Below are positions 1 to 9,194 of a stretch of DNA of 64,000 nt, piece after piece. Source of the DNA: an uncultured virus (IMG/VR IMGVR_UViG_3300005512_000007). Its lineage: Duplodnaviria > Heunggongvirae > Uroviricota > Caudoviricetes. The stretch lies in the IMG/VR virus record IMGVR_UViG_3300005512_000007, one strand, 5' to 3'. The first letter of the stretch is position 1, and the number at the start of each line of letters is the position of its first letter. The notes below the pieces were generated by a model. That model ran no database searches and was not told the origin of the DNA. It saw only the letters and a program-made list of their open reading frames with translations. The position numbers and the translations under genes were made by a program.

Positions 1-1
1 A

Positions 2-151
2 TCTTCTACGAGCGCGGTCACATATCAACTTGCGGCTACTGGTAACTCCAGCAACGGAGTTATTTATGTGAATAGATCACAATTGGACACTGATGCCGGG
101 AATTACCCTAGGTCTGTTGCTACTTTGATTGCTATGGAGGTGGGGCCGTGA
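2..151 (+). CDS. 3' end of tail fibre/adhesin protein, paralog of 418..978 (partial, runs off the window)
   Basis: Frame 2 reads SSTSAVTYQL...YVNRS...TLIAMEVGP*, matching the C-terminus of 418..978 (TTSATTYNV...YVNRS...SLTALEVSA). Confidence 0.7.
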   Translation, partial: SSTSAVTYQLAATGNSSNGVIYVNRSQLDTDAGNYPRSVATLIAMEVGP

Positions 152-417
152 CTGATTACCCCGCTGTTTTGATAAAACTGTATCCTGATTGTCGATGGTC
201 GCTTCGTGGCGATACCTACGACGGCCTCACATGGTTCTCTGATACGCCGAAGCCCACCCAACAGGAGTTGGATGCGGCGTGGCCTGCCGTTCAACAAGCC
301 CAACAAGACGCTATTGCTGCCGAGGCTGCTGCTAAACAATCCGCTATCGACAAACTCGCGGCCCTCGGCCTTTCGGTAGATGAAATCCGGGCCGCATTTG
401 GTTTGGAGGATATCTAA
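148..417 (+). CDS. small fibre-associated (chaperone-like) protein
   Basis: Paralog of 975..1286 (DY.AVL...YPD..W.L.GDTYDGLTW.SD.PKPTQ.ELDAAWP); follows a fibre gene. Confidence 0.6.
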   Translation: MTDYPAVLIKLYPDCRWSLRGDTYDGLTWFSDTPKPTQQELDAAWPAVQQAQQDAIAAEAAAKQSAIDKLAALGLSVDEIRAAFGLEDI

Positions 418-978
418 ATGGCTTCTATTCTTCGTTTCGATAACTGGCAGAACTCTGATGGTACGTCTATTGCTACTACTGATGCTTCTGGGAATATCAG
501 TTTTGCTGGTGTAGGGGCAGGCAAGATTTTGCAGGTCGTCCAAACGGTAAAGACTGATGCGTCGTCCTTCTCTCAGAACACGCTGGTGACGGTGCTGAGT
601 GTCACCATCACGCCATCATCCGCAACCTCAAAAGTGCTTCTACTGGCTCATCTCACCGTGTCCGCGACGAGTGCGAATATGTGGGCGATCTTTGCGGGCG
701 GAAACGCTAACGATTACGTCGGCGACGCTGCCGGTTCTCGTTCTCGCCAAGCCACCCAACTATTACACGCGAATCCAGTAACTAATGGTGCTCAGTCTGC
801 CCCGATTATCTATCTTGATTCTCCGGCGACAACATCCGCCACGACGTACAACGTCAACCTTTACGTCCCGTCTGGTGGCTCGGAAACCGGATATGTGAAC
901 CGGAGCCCAGACGATGGCGATAGCGTTTTCCGTGGCCGATTCGCTTCGTCTCTTACTGCGCTGGAGGTTTCCGCATGA
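418..978 (+). CDS. tail fibre/adhesin beta-sandwich protein
   Basis: GKILQVVQTVKTD..., VTITPSSATSKVLL, YLDSPATTSATTY motifs typical of phage minor tail/adhesin proteins. Confidence 0.65.
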   Translation: MASILRFDNWQNSDGTSIATTDASGNISFAGVGAGKILQVVQTVKTDASSFSQNTLVTVLSVTITPSSATSKVLLLAHLTVSATSANMWAIFAGGNANDYVGDAAGSRSRQATQLLHANPVTNGAQSAPIIYLDSPATTSATTYNVNLYVPSGGSETGYVNRSPDDGDSVFRGRFASSLTALEVSA

Positions 979-1286
979 TCGATTACGCCGCCGTACTGAC
1001 CGCAAACTACCCCGACGCTTCATGGGTCCTTGACGGTGACACCTACGACGGCTTGACATGGCTGTCCGACAGCCCGAAGCCGACGCAGGCTGAGTTGGAT
1101 GCGGCATGGCCCCAAGTCCAATACCAACAACAACGGGCCGCAATAGAAACCCAACGTAGAAACGCCTACACCCAAGAAGCCGACCCCCTCTTCTTCTCAT
1201 ATCAGAGGGGCGAAGCCACAGAACAAGACTGGCTGGATGCGGTAGAATCTATACGAACCAGATTCCCCTACCCTGAGGCCCCCTAA
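975..1286 (+). CDS. tail fibre assembly chaperone-like protein
   Basis: RRNAY..EADPLFF...W...V..IR.RFPYP C-terminus; paralog of 148..417. Confidence 0.65.
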   Translation: MIDYAAVLTANYPDASWVLDGDTYDGLTWLSDSPKPTQAELDAAWPQVQYQQQRAAIETQRRNAYTQEADPLFFSYQRGEATEQDWLDAVESIRTRFPYPEAP

Positions 1287-2464
1287 TGGCAATCAACTTC
1301 CCTGACTCCCCATCGGTAGACGAAATCTACTCGGTAGGCGACAAGTCGTGGCTATGGAACGGCACCTACTGGGAAGTACAGGGGGCACCGTCGTCCACGT
1401 TCTCTGCTTCTGACACCGCCCCCGCTGACCCTGACCCCGGAGATATCTGGTACCGGTCAGATACATCTCAAACTCTCCTGTTCTATGACAACACGTGGGT
1501 TGAGATTGGCCACTCTGCGAACGTCCCCACGTTTTTCGCTGATAATGATGCCGATACGAAGATTCAGGTGGAGGAATCTGCCGATGAGGACACGATCCGG
1601 TTTGATACTGCTGGTTCGGAGCGGGTAACTATCGGCCCCTCTGGTGATGTTGTTGTGTATGAGACGTTGACGGTGAATGGTGGGGCGTCTGTTGGCGGGT
1701 CGGTTATTCCGACGGGTAATGAGACGTTGGATTTGGGTTCTGCTGAGTATCGGTTCCGTGACCTGTATTTGTCGGGTTCAAGTATTGATTTGGGTGGGGC
1801 GACGATTTCGTCAGATGGTACGAGTTTGACGATGCCCCCTATGGCTTCGCTGGAGGTTGGCAACACTAGTGTTTCGAACAATAAAATAACGGTTACTTCT
1901 GCTAATAATACGTCCGCTATTGTGGATATGTTGAGTGACAATACTGGGACAAAGGGTTTCCGGGTAAAGTATGAGGGCAACGGAAACTATTTCGCTATTG
2001 CTGATGTTGAATCTGGTGTAATTACTGATCATTTTACAATTGATTTTAACGGGCATGTCGCTCTGCCGAATCAACCAATATTTCTCGCATCACACAATAG
2101 TAGTTCACTAACAACTGGGACAATAATTTGGGGCAGTGTTCACTTCAATATTGGCAGTCACTACAATCCTAGTAACGGTAGATTTACCGCACCAGCAGGT
2201 GGCGTATACATGTTTTTGGCGTGGACACTGATAAATATGGCATCATCTGGTGAGGTTAGGTTTGAAACAAGGGTTAACGGCGGGGGTTCTGCTGGTCACA
2301 GACATATAGATCAGAAACCAGCAAACCAGTGGTACACAATTCGACAGTATGGGATGCTTAACTTAAACGCGGGGGATTACGTCACAATGCACATGGCGCA
2401 AAATCCGGGGACGCTATATGGCGACCCCGGTTATAACGGCTTCACAATGGCAAAACTTACGTAA
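1286..2464 (+). CDS. tail fibre/receptor-binding protein with C-terminal C1q-like domain
   Basis: MAINFPDSP N-module; FNIGSHYNPSNGRFTAPAGGVYMF and LNAGDYV C1q motifs. Confidence 0.75.
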   Translation: MAINFPDSPSVDEIYSVGDKSWLWNGTYWEVQGAPSSTFSASDTAPADPDPGDIWYRSDTSQTLLFYDNTWVEIGHSANVPTFFADNDADTKIQVEESADEDTIRFDTAGSERVTIGPSGDVVVYETLTVNGGASVGGSVIPTGNETLDLGSAEYRFRDLYLSGSSIDLGGATISSDGTSLTMPPMASLEVGNTSVSNNKITVTSANNTSAIVDMLSDNTGTKGFRVKYEGNGNYFAIADVESGVITDHFTIDFNGHVALPNQPIFLASHNSSSLTTGTIIWGSVHFNIGSHYNPSNGRFTAPAGGVYMFLAWTLINMASSGEVRFETRVNGGGSAGHRHIDQKPANQWYTIRQYGMLNLNAGDYVTMHMAQNPGTLYGDPGYNGFTMAKLT

Positions 2465-2470
2465 AGGATG

Positions 2471-2769
2471 AGCAATGGTAACATATACAATTACACTTAC
2501 GGATGCAGAAGATAAAGCGCTCCGATATGTGGCGCTAGATCCTCAGGATTGGATCGATAATGCAGTACACAACCGTTGCCGTCAAGCCATCGATCAGATC
2601 TACGCCGAAGAAGTCGAACGTATGACGAACGACCCCGACATCGACATCATCCCCGCCAACAAAGAACAGGTAGTCCTAGCCGCTGAGATTCAATCTGCGG
2701 CAGATCGGCACGCTGCGGCGGAGAGCGAGATGATCTAATGGCTATCGATTTCCCTGACTCCCCAACAGT
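2471..2769 (+). repeat. ~300 bp diverged direct repeat, copy 1 (copy 2 at 5209-5507)
   Basis: Direct DNA comparison; differences are mostly synonymous; covers the chaperone gene plus the next MAIDFPDSP start. Confidence 0.85.
2475..2738 (+). CDS. fibre-associated small protein (copy 1)
   Basis: Near-identical to 5213..5476; each copy follows a C1q-domain fibre. Confidence 0.65.
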   Translation: MVTYTITLTDAEDKALRYVALDPQDWIDNAVHNRCRQAIDQIYAEEVERMTNDPDIDIIPANKEQVVLAAEIQSAADRHAAAESEMI

Positions 2770-3766
2770 AGGTGACCAGTACACCACTAACGGTAAAACG
2801 TACCAGTGGGACGGCACCGTGTGGGGCGTGTACGGCACGTTCTCCCGCGACTTCACCGCCTCCGACACCGCCCCCCTCAACGTCGCAGACGGCCACATAT
2901 GGTATAGATCAGATCAGTCACAAACCCTGATCAGATATGACGGTACATGGGTAGAAGTTGGTTCTGCCGGAGGGTTTGATTCTTCTTCTACTAGTTTTCC
3001 TTCTTCGTTGGATTCTGCTACAGGGTTTGCTGCTGTTGAGGCGTTGCAGGCGAAGGTTGGTGTTGATGGTTCTGCTGTGACGACCAGTATTGATTATCAG
3101 TTGAATACTGGTTATCGGTATCATTCGACTGTCTATTTCACTTCGTCGGGGACGTTCACGAAGGCTTCGTATCCGTGGCTTCGAGCGATCCGTGTTCGAC
3201 TGGTTGGTGCGGGAGGCGGTTCCGGAGCAACTACCGCGACGCTAAACGCCACGGGCGATTCGTCCACTGCGGGCGGCGGCGGTGGCGGCGCTTACGCCGA
3301 ATCATTTATTAACGATATAGCATCACTCGCCTCTTCGGTGACCGTCACGGTCGGCACCGGCGTTTCGCAGTCCGCGGGCGGTTCGTCGTCGTTCGGAAGC
3401 GGCGAAGCCTACGAAGTAAGCGCCGGAGGTGGCGGAGCGGGACAAGTCGGCGTCAGTCTCACGACACCGTTTACCCGTGAAGGCGGCGACCGTGGAGTAA
3501 CCGGAACCGGCGATCTCGTCATACCGGGACAATCCGGCGGGAACGGCGTGATCCTTGTCGCCGCTTCGCAAGGTTACGCCGGTCTCGGCGGTGCCTCCCA
3601 TCTGTCCGGTACCCCGGTCCAAAGGGTCAACGGAGGCCTGAACGGTGACGACGGCGAGAACTACGGCGGCGGAGCAACTTCGCCGCTCGCCATCAATCAG
3701 TCAGGCGCGAGAAGTTCGGGAACTACCGGAGGAGATGGCATTGTTATCGTGGAGTTGTTTGCATGA
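2738..3766 (+). CDS. glycine-rich tail fibre/minor tail protein
   Basis: MAIDFPDSP N-module; FTSSGTF...VRLVGAGGGSG...GGGGGG...GGDGIVIVE Gly-rich domain. Confidence 0.75.
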   Translation: MAIDFPDSPTVGDQYTTNGKTYQWDGTVWGVYGTFSRDFTASDTAPLNVADGHIWYRSDQSQTLIRYDGTWVEVGSAGGFDSSSTSFPSSLDSATGFAAVEALQAKVGVDGSAVTTSIDYQLNTGYRYHSTVYFTSSGTFTKASYPWLRAIRVRLVGAGGGSGATTATLNATGDSSTAGGGGGGAYAESFINDIASLASSVTVTVGTGVSQSAGGSSSFGSGEAYEVSAGGGGAGQVGVSLTTPFTREGGDRGVTGTGDLVIPGQSGGNGVILVAASQGYAGLGGASHLSGTPVQRVNGGLNGDDGENYGGGATSPLAINQSGARSSGTTGGDGIVIVELFA

Positions 3767-3981
3767 AATACGCAGTAGTCAATAACAACGGCGAAGTCTT
3801 GAACGTCATCGTATGGGACGGTAAAGAACCGATCTCGACCGGAGAAGGGACGACGCTCGTCGAACTGCCGACGTTCGTTGATAGCGAAGGTGCGACGACG
3901 TATTGCGGCGGCTTCGGTTGGACATACAACGGCACTGATTGGATCGCACCGCCGCCCGCAGAGGAAGAGGAGTTGATCTGA
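3763..3981 (+). CDS. small fibre-associated protein
   Basis: MKYAVV..G.V.NVIVWDG...GWTYNGTDW, a type commonly found after Gly-rich fibre genes. Confidence 0.6.
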   Translation: MKYAVVNNNGEVLNVIVWDGKEPISTGEGTTLVELPTFVDSEGATTYCGGFGWTYNGTDWIAPPPAEEEELI

Positions 3982-5204
3982 TGGCAATTGACTTTCCAGA
4001 TAACCCATCAGTAAACGATACTTTTACTGCCGGGGGCAAAGTTTACCAATGGGATGGAACCGTATGGGAAATCTATGGTCCCAACGTGTCCCCCGGCACC
4101 TTCAAGATTGATGATGTCAACAACAGGGTCGGTATCAACAATGCGTCCCCCTCTCAAAATCTTGATGTCATCGGAAACACCCAACTTAGAGATGTGTTCA
4201 TTGATTCGGTTGCTAACTGGAACTATGGCCAGTTGCGGATCAGCCGTAACGCATCTAATACGGCGAATACGAAGATTGTGTCGGTTCTGTTAGACGGCGA
4301 TTCGCCAGATGACACGGACCTCTACTCAAATGCCAACGTGCTGTTGCGGACAGATTCTGCGCCGACGAGCGGTTCAACTTCTGCTGCATTGAACGCAGGC
4401 ATTGAGATCACCGCTCCGGATAGCGTGCGGTTTGGTACTAATGGCGGCGAGAAAATGCGCATTGATTCCAGCGGCAATGTTGGAATCAACACAACCCCCT
4501 CATACTGGCTTGACGTAAGAGACAATGACCTTGGGCAAACTTTAGGTGACTCATCTGATCACCTTCGTTTGTCTAGTCCTGTGGTTGGCAATACATCGAT
4601 GCTGTACGCATCCAACAAGCGGTTCGCTAATGGGACGGGCTGGCAAAACACAAGTTGGAGAATTCAACATAAAGTTGATAACACGGATATGGCTTTCGTG
4701 GAGTTCAACCCGGATGGTGCGGAACGGGGGATTTCTTTCGGTACCGACAATGTAGAACATGTTGTTATCGACAGCAATGGCCGTATGGCGGCTGCAAGCC
4801 AGCCATACTTCTATGCATATTTGAGTTCTAATATTTCGTTCGATTCCAATACCCAAAATACAACGGTTCCCTATAACACAACTAGCGCAAATGTTGGCAA
4901 CTGCTACAATACGTCTAACGGCTTATTTACTGCACCCGTTTCAGGAAGGTACGTTTTTACTGGAGGGATTTACAGTAATACTGCTTCTGTATCCATATCT
5001 CAGTTGTGGTTTGTTAGAAACGGCGGCAGAGTCGGTACGTTCTGCCTTGATGGTGGCAGTGGCCCCAATAGGCAGGGTACCGGCTACATCTATTTAGAGG
5101 CTAACGACACGGTTGGTGTGCACCCTTGGGCTGATGGGGCAGGAACAATAAACATCGTGGCCTCAACTTTTCACACCTACTGGTCTGGTTCTTTACTCGT
5201 TTAG
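3981..5204 (+). CDS. tail fibre/receptor-binding protein with C1q-like domain
   Basis: Start at the TGATG overlap (MAIDFPDNP); VGIN repeats; CYNTSNGLFTAPVSGRYVF. Confidence 0.75.
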   Translation: MAIDFPDNPSVNDTFTAGGKVYQWDGTVWEIYGPNVSPGTFKIDDVNNRVGINNASPSQNLDVIGNTQLRDVFIDSVANWNYGQLRISRNASNTANTKIVSVLLDGDSPDDTDLYSNANVLLRTDSAPTSGSTSAALNAGIEITAPDSVRFGTNGGEKMRIDSSGNVGINTTPSYWLDVRDNDLGQTLGDSSDHLRLSSPVVGNTSMLYASNKRFANGTGWQNTSWRIQHKVDNTDMAFVEFNPDGAERGISFGTDNVEHVVIDSNGRMAAASQPYFYAYLSSNISFDSNTQNTTVPYNTTSANVGNCYNTSNGLFTAPVSGRYVFTGGIYSNTASVSISQLWFVRNGGRVGTFCLDGGSGPNRQGTGYIYLEANDTVGVHPWADGAGTINIVASTFHTYWSGSLLV

Positions 5205-5212
5205 GAGAAGCA

Positions 5213-5476
5213 ATGGCAACTTACACAGTTACACTTACAGATGCAGAAGATAAAGCGCTTCGTTACGTAGCGGTAGATCCTCAGGATTGGATCGACAATG
5301 CTGTACATAACCGTTGTCGTCAAGCCATCGACCAAATCTACGCTGAAGAAGTCGGACGCATGACCGACGACCCCGACATCGACAGCATCCCCGCCAACAA
5401 AGAACAGGTCGTTCTAGACGCACAGATCCAGTCTGCTGCTGACCGCCAAGCCGCTGCGGAGAGCGAGATGCCATAA
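5213..5476 (+). CDS. fibre-associated small protein (copy 2)
   Basis: Near-identical to 2475..2738; AGGAGA RBS. Confidence 0.65.
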   Translation: MATYTVTLTDAEDKALRYVAVDPQDWIDNAVHNRCRQAIDQIYAEEVGRMTDDPDIDSIPANKEQVVLDAQIQSAADRQAAAESEMP

Positions 5477-5616
5477 TGGCTATCGACTTCCCTGACTCTC
5501 CAGCAGTCAATGATACCCATGCTTACATCGAGCGCACATGGAAGTACGACGGTACTGACTGGGTCGAAATCACCCCCGAACCAGCAGAGGAAATCACCCC
5601 CGAACCAGCAGAGTAG
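5476..5616 (+). CDS. 46-aa mini fibre module (N-terminal MAIDFPDSP module only)
   Basis: MAIDFPDSPAVNDTHAYIERTWKYDGTDWVEITPEPAEEITPEPAE*; TAATG overlap with the upstream gene. Confidence 0.55.
   Translation: MAIDFPDSPAVNDTHAYIERTWKYDGTDWVEITPEPAEEITPEPAE
5566..5613 (+). repeat. perfect 24-bp tandem duplication
   Basis: gaaatcacccccgaaccagcagag x2. Confidence 0.95.
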
Positions 5617-5654
5617 GTATACTAAATCACCCCGCACTACAACTGGAGGATTAC

Positions 5655-5792
5655 ATGAACGTCGATTTGAATGAAGTTATGAGAGAATTGGAGCAGCGCT
5701 ATCCACGTGAACTTACGATCTGCGTACAGGCTGTACAGATCAGGCTTCTTCAGGGGGCGCTAGAGGACCGAGAGGCTGAGGAAACCGACTAA
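5655..5792 (+). CDS. hypothetical 45-aa protein
   Basis: GGAGG RBS; TATACT -10-like box upstream; MNVDLNEVMRELEQRYP... Confidence 0.55.
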   Translation: MNVDLNEVMRELEQRYPRELTICVQAVQIRLLQGALEDREAEETD

Positions 5793-5863
5793 CCGCCCCA
5801 TATCTACATCCTCAGCCCTAACCAGTGCTACACTCGTAGAGAAACCCGATTCAAGGAGTACAA

Positions 5864-6109
5864 ATGGCTGCTAGCAAGAACACCACGAAGATCGCTGAGG
5901 TCCTCATTGAGGACGAGGCGGAGGCCCCGGCCCCCGCTCCTCAGCCCACTGTCGTGTCCCCCACGACCAAGAACGCCAAGATCAAGGGGACGTGGACCAT
6001 GTACTACGGTACTGGTAAGTGGGACTTCGTGGATGGTCATCGTTATGACCTTCCTCTTGACCTTTTCGAATACCTCAAGCGTTCTGGCAATATTTATGAC
6101 ACTTTGTGA
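5864..6109 (+). CDS. hypothetical virion-module protein
   Basis: AAGGAG RBS; TACACT -10 upstream; ends GNIYDTL*. Confidence 0.7.
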   Translation: MAASKNTTKIAEVLIEDEAEAPAPAPQPTVVSPTTKNAKIKGTWTMYYGTGKWDFVDGHRYDLPLDLFEYLKRSGNIYDTL

Positions 6110-6132
6110 AACATGTATGATACGCTGGTCTC

Positions 6133-6663
6133 ATGAAGACCTGTTGTACGTGCAAAGCGGATAAGCCACTGTCAGAGTTCGGTAAGAACAAACGCCAGAA
6201 AGACGGGCATCAACGACGCTGCTTAGAGTGCGCTCGTAAAGCCTCTGCTGAGTACTACCGCAACCACAAAGATCGCGCCACTGCCGCCACCCGTGATTGG
6301 GCTAGGCGCAATCCGGACAGAGTCAACGCCAATAGTAAGCGGTGGCGAGAAGCCAACCCAGAGAAGATGGCGCTCGCTCGCAAGAAGTCAAACGTACGCT
6401 TCTTTTACAACCTTACTCTTGAAGAGCACGAAAAGATGCTACAAAATGGTTGTCAAATTTGCGGGTCCCATGACCGTCTGCACGTAGACCACGATCATTC
6501 TTGTTGCGATGGCCGTTCTAAAGGATGCGGTAACTGTGTTCGTGGTATTCTCTGTTCAACATGCAACACTGGAATAGGTTTCTTGAGAGACGACCCGGAT
6601 CTTCTTAGGAAGGCCATCGCTTATCTTGAGGGCTACACCGGAGCACAGCACGACACTCTCTGA
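6133..6663 (+). mobile_element. Endonuclease VII-family homing endonuclease
   Basis: CQICG...LHVDHDH...VRGILCSTCNTGIG..RDD; N-terminal CxxC zinc module. Confidence 0.85.
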
Positions 6664-6678
6664 TAGAGGAGGGGCCGT

Positions 6679-8403
6679 ATGGCCTTCATTATTCCCAACG
6701 CCGTTGACACATCTAGCGGTGCCAAGTTTGAGAACCTAGATCAGGCTGAGCCGGATTCTCTTGACTTTGAGATCCTCGGTAACACGGGCCGATCTGGTGT
6801 TCTCTCGGGGTGCGAAGTCACGTCGATCTCGTCCAGCACGGCTGTTGCTGTGTCCTCGGGCACCATCGTTATCAACGGTGCGCCGTACAGCATCAGCGCC
6901 GCTGCCTCGTTGGCTATGCCGACGGCCCCCCTCGGTACTCGCTTTGATCTAGTCGTTGCCCGCGTCTCTAGCGGAGTCGCTTCTCTGTTCGTGGTTCAGG
7001 GCGATGATGACGACACGAATCCTGAGTACCCGAAGACTTCCAACACCATCGTTGGCACCTTCAGCCCCACTACCAACGTCAATCTTGATACCGATGTGGT
7101 GCTGGCGGCTATCTACCGGCAGGGGACGCAGGTCATCACCACGTCACGTATTGCCGACAAGCGTACGTTCCAGAGTTCAGCGATCTTCGACCAGAGCACG
7201 TCCGCCCCTGAGTCCGAGGTCAGCATCTCTGCTGTGGCAGATGCGGGGCGGTTGTTCTACCGCAAGGCCGCTCCCAGCGGTACGTCGTCGGGTGTCTACG
7301 TCAAGGGTATCTACGGTGAGTGGTATGAGTTGGCCCGTAACATCGGCCCCCACCTGCCTATCGGTGCCGTCGTAGCGTGGCCCTCCAAGGGATCGCTCCC
7401 ATCAGGATTCATTGAAGCCAACGGACAGAGCCTGCTGACTACTGATTACCCGGCCCTGTTCGCCGCATACGGCTACACCCACGGTGGCTCTGGCTCGTCG
7501 TTCAATGTTCCTAACCTGAACGGGAAGAGCCTCAAAGGCACTACGGATATCAACTTGGTCGGTACCCCAATAGGTAGCGACACTACAACTCTGGATATCG
7601 ATAATCTGCCCGCCCACAGCCACGGGCTGAACAACCATACCCACACGCTTTCACACACCCACTCCATTAACCATAGTCATACTGGTTCAGCATCGTCTGC
7701 GGGTAACCACCAGCATAGACATCAGGATGTTCAGCAGTTCAAATCAGGCAGTAACGCTGGTACTAATAGTGGTTTTGGTGCTAGAAGCATCGAGTACAGC
7801 AATACCGATCCTGCTGGGGCGCACAGCCATACGGTGAGTGTTGGTGCTCCTAGCCCAACTACGACCAGCAGCCAGTCAGCCACTACCACCAGCACTCCTA
7901 GTGCTGATTCTACAACTGAGACCGGTTCTACCCAATCATTTAGTAACGTCCCCGCATCTACGTATGTCCGCTGGATTATCCGATCCGCGCATGGTGTGGA
8001 GACCGACACGGTGGGTGGTACCTCGCTTCTTGATGAGGCTCTTGAAGAGACCGTGACTCTGGAACTGGTGGGATCGGGGTCGCTCCCCGCTAGTCAGGCT
8101 GGGGCGGCGGTGTTCCGTATGCCATATGGGGCGCTCCTTACTGAGGTCCGCGCTGGCCTGAACTCGGGTAGCAACGCCACCTCGGCTATCAGTATCGATA
8201 TCAACGAGTCCGGTAGCAGTATCCTCAGCACTCCGTTGACCATCGATGCTGGAGAGTCCAGTTCTACCTCGGCTGCTGCGGCGGCTGTCATATCAGACCC
8301 GGCCATCGCAGATGACGCACTGATCACAATTGATATCGATTCGGCAGACACAGGAGATAGCGGCCCCCTGACGGTGACCCTGTACTTCACTAGGGATGCC
8401 TGA
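6679..8403 (+). CDS. virion structural protein with internal tail-collar domain and HxH metal-binding fibre segment
   Basis: PIGAVVAW...LPSGFIEANGQ...YPALFAAYGYTHG...FNVPNL; NLPAHSH and further HxH motifs. Confidence 0.75.
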   Translation: MAFIIPNAVDTSSGAKFENLDQAEPDSLDFEILGNTGRSGVLSGCEVTSISSSTAVAVSSGTIVINGAPYSISAAASLAMPTAPLGTRFDLVVARVSSGVASLFVVQGDDDDTNPEYPKTSNTIVGTFSPTTNVNLDTDVVLAAIYRQGTQVITTSRIADKRTFQSSAIFDQSTSAPESEVSISAVADAGRLFYRKAAPSGTSSGVYVKGIYGEWYELARNIGPHLPIGAVVAWPSKGSLPSGFIEANGQSLLTTDYPALFAAYGYTHGGSGSSFNVPNLNGKSLKGTTDINLVGTPIGSDTTTLDIDNLPAHSHGLNNHTHTLSHTHSINHSHTGSASSAGNHQHRHQDVQQFKSGSNAGTNSGFGARSIEYSNTDPAGAHSHTVSVGAPSPTTTSSQSATTTSTPSADSTTETGSTQSFSNVPASTYVRWIIRSAHGVETDTVGGTSLLDEALEETVTLELVGSGSLPASQAGAAVFRMPYGALLTEVRAGLNSGSNATSAISIDINESGSSILSTPLTIDAGESSSTSAAAAAVISDPAIADDALITIDIDSADTGDSGPLTVTLYFTRDA

Positions 8404-9194
8404 TGGCTACTAAGGCTGAGATCGTTACTATTGCCCGCAACTATCTGCGGGACTTCAAGAAGCCGTTCCAGCAGACGTTCGTCCCCATGGGCATTACCTA
8501 TGATCTGGGTAAGCCCAACGTGGAGGCTGACACACTTTGGGTGGAGTATGTTCCGCAGGGTGGATCAACGTCCGCGTCAGTTGCGTACACGCTGGACGAC
8601 CGTAATGGTTTGATACGGCTTGGTAGTGCTTTGCCGAACAACGCCACGCTTATGGTCGACGGTTACTACTACGAATGGCTGCTGCCGTCGGATCTGGATT
8701 TCTACGCCGATATGGCTATCAATCTCAACACGCACAATCTCAAGGTGCCGTTGGCGAACATGGCCCCCGCCGTTGCGGATGTCATAGGTATTCATACCCT
8801 CGTTCAGGCGTTGTGGGGGCTGCTTTCTGAGTACAGCCGCGACATCGATGTAATTACATCCGAGTCCGTCCACATTCAGTCATCGCAGCGTTACCGCATG
8901 GTGTCCAGCCTGCTCGATTACTGGACCAACGAATACAACCGCCGTGCTCAGGCCCTCAACATCGGGCTGGAGCGTCTGGAGGTCGTCAATCTTCGCCGCG
9001 TCAGCCGCACCACCAACCGTTTGGTGCCGCTCTACAAGCCTCGTGAGGTTGGCGATTACGGCCCCATCGAACGTATTTACCCCGAGATCGATGACGGTGT
9101 TATTGATATCGAGGAGTTGCCGGACGATATCCGTGAAGAGGTTTACGTTGACGGTGAGCCGCCGACCGGGTACCTGTCGACTGGGTACTACTGA
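8403..9194 (+). CDS. putative head-tail connector/neck protein
   Basis: Position upstream of the sheath; coupled starts. Confidence 0.45.
   Translation: MATKAEIVTIARNYLRDFKKPFQQTFVPMGITYDLGKPNVEADTLWVEYVPQGGSTSASVAYTLDDRNGLIRLGSALPNNATLMVDGYYYEWLLPSDLDFYADMAINLNTHNLKVPLANMAPAVADVIGIHTLVQALWGLLSEYSRDIDVITSESVHIQSSQRYRMVSSLLDYWTNEYNRRAQALNIGLERLEVVNLRRVSRTTNRLVPLYKPREVGDYGPIERIYPEIDDGVIDIEELPDDIREEVYVDGEPPTGYLSTGYY

Noticed and set aside
2..5616. Diversity-generating retroelement or invertible fibre switch
   Set aside because: No reverse transcriptase or invertase in the window; repeats are direct and differ at synonymous sites, not specifically at adenines.
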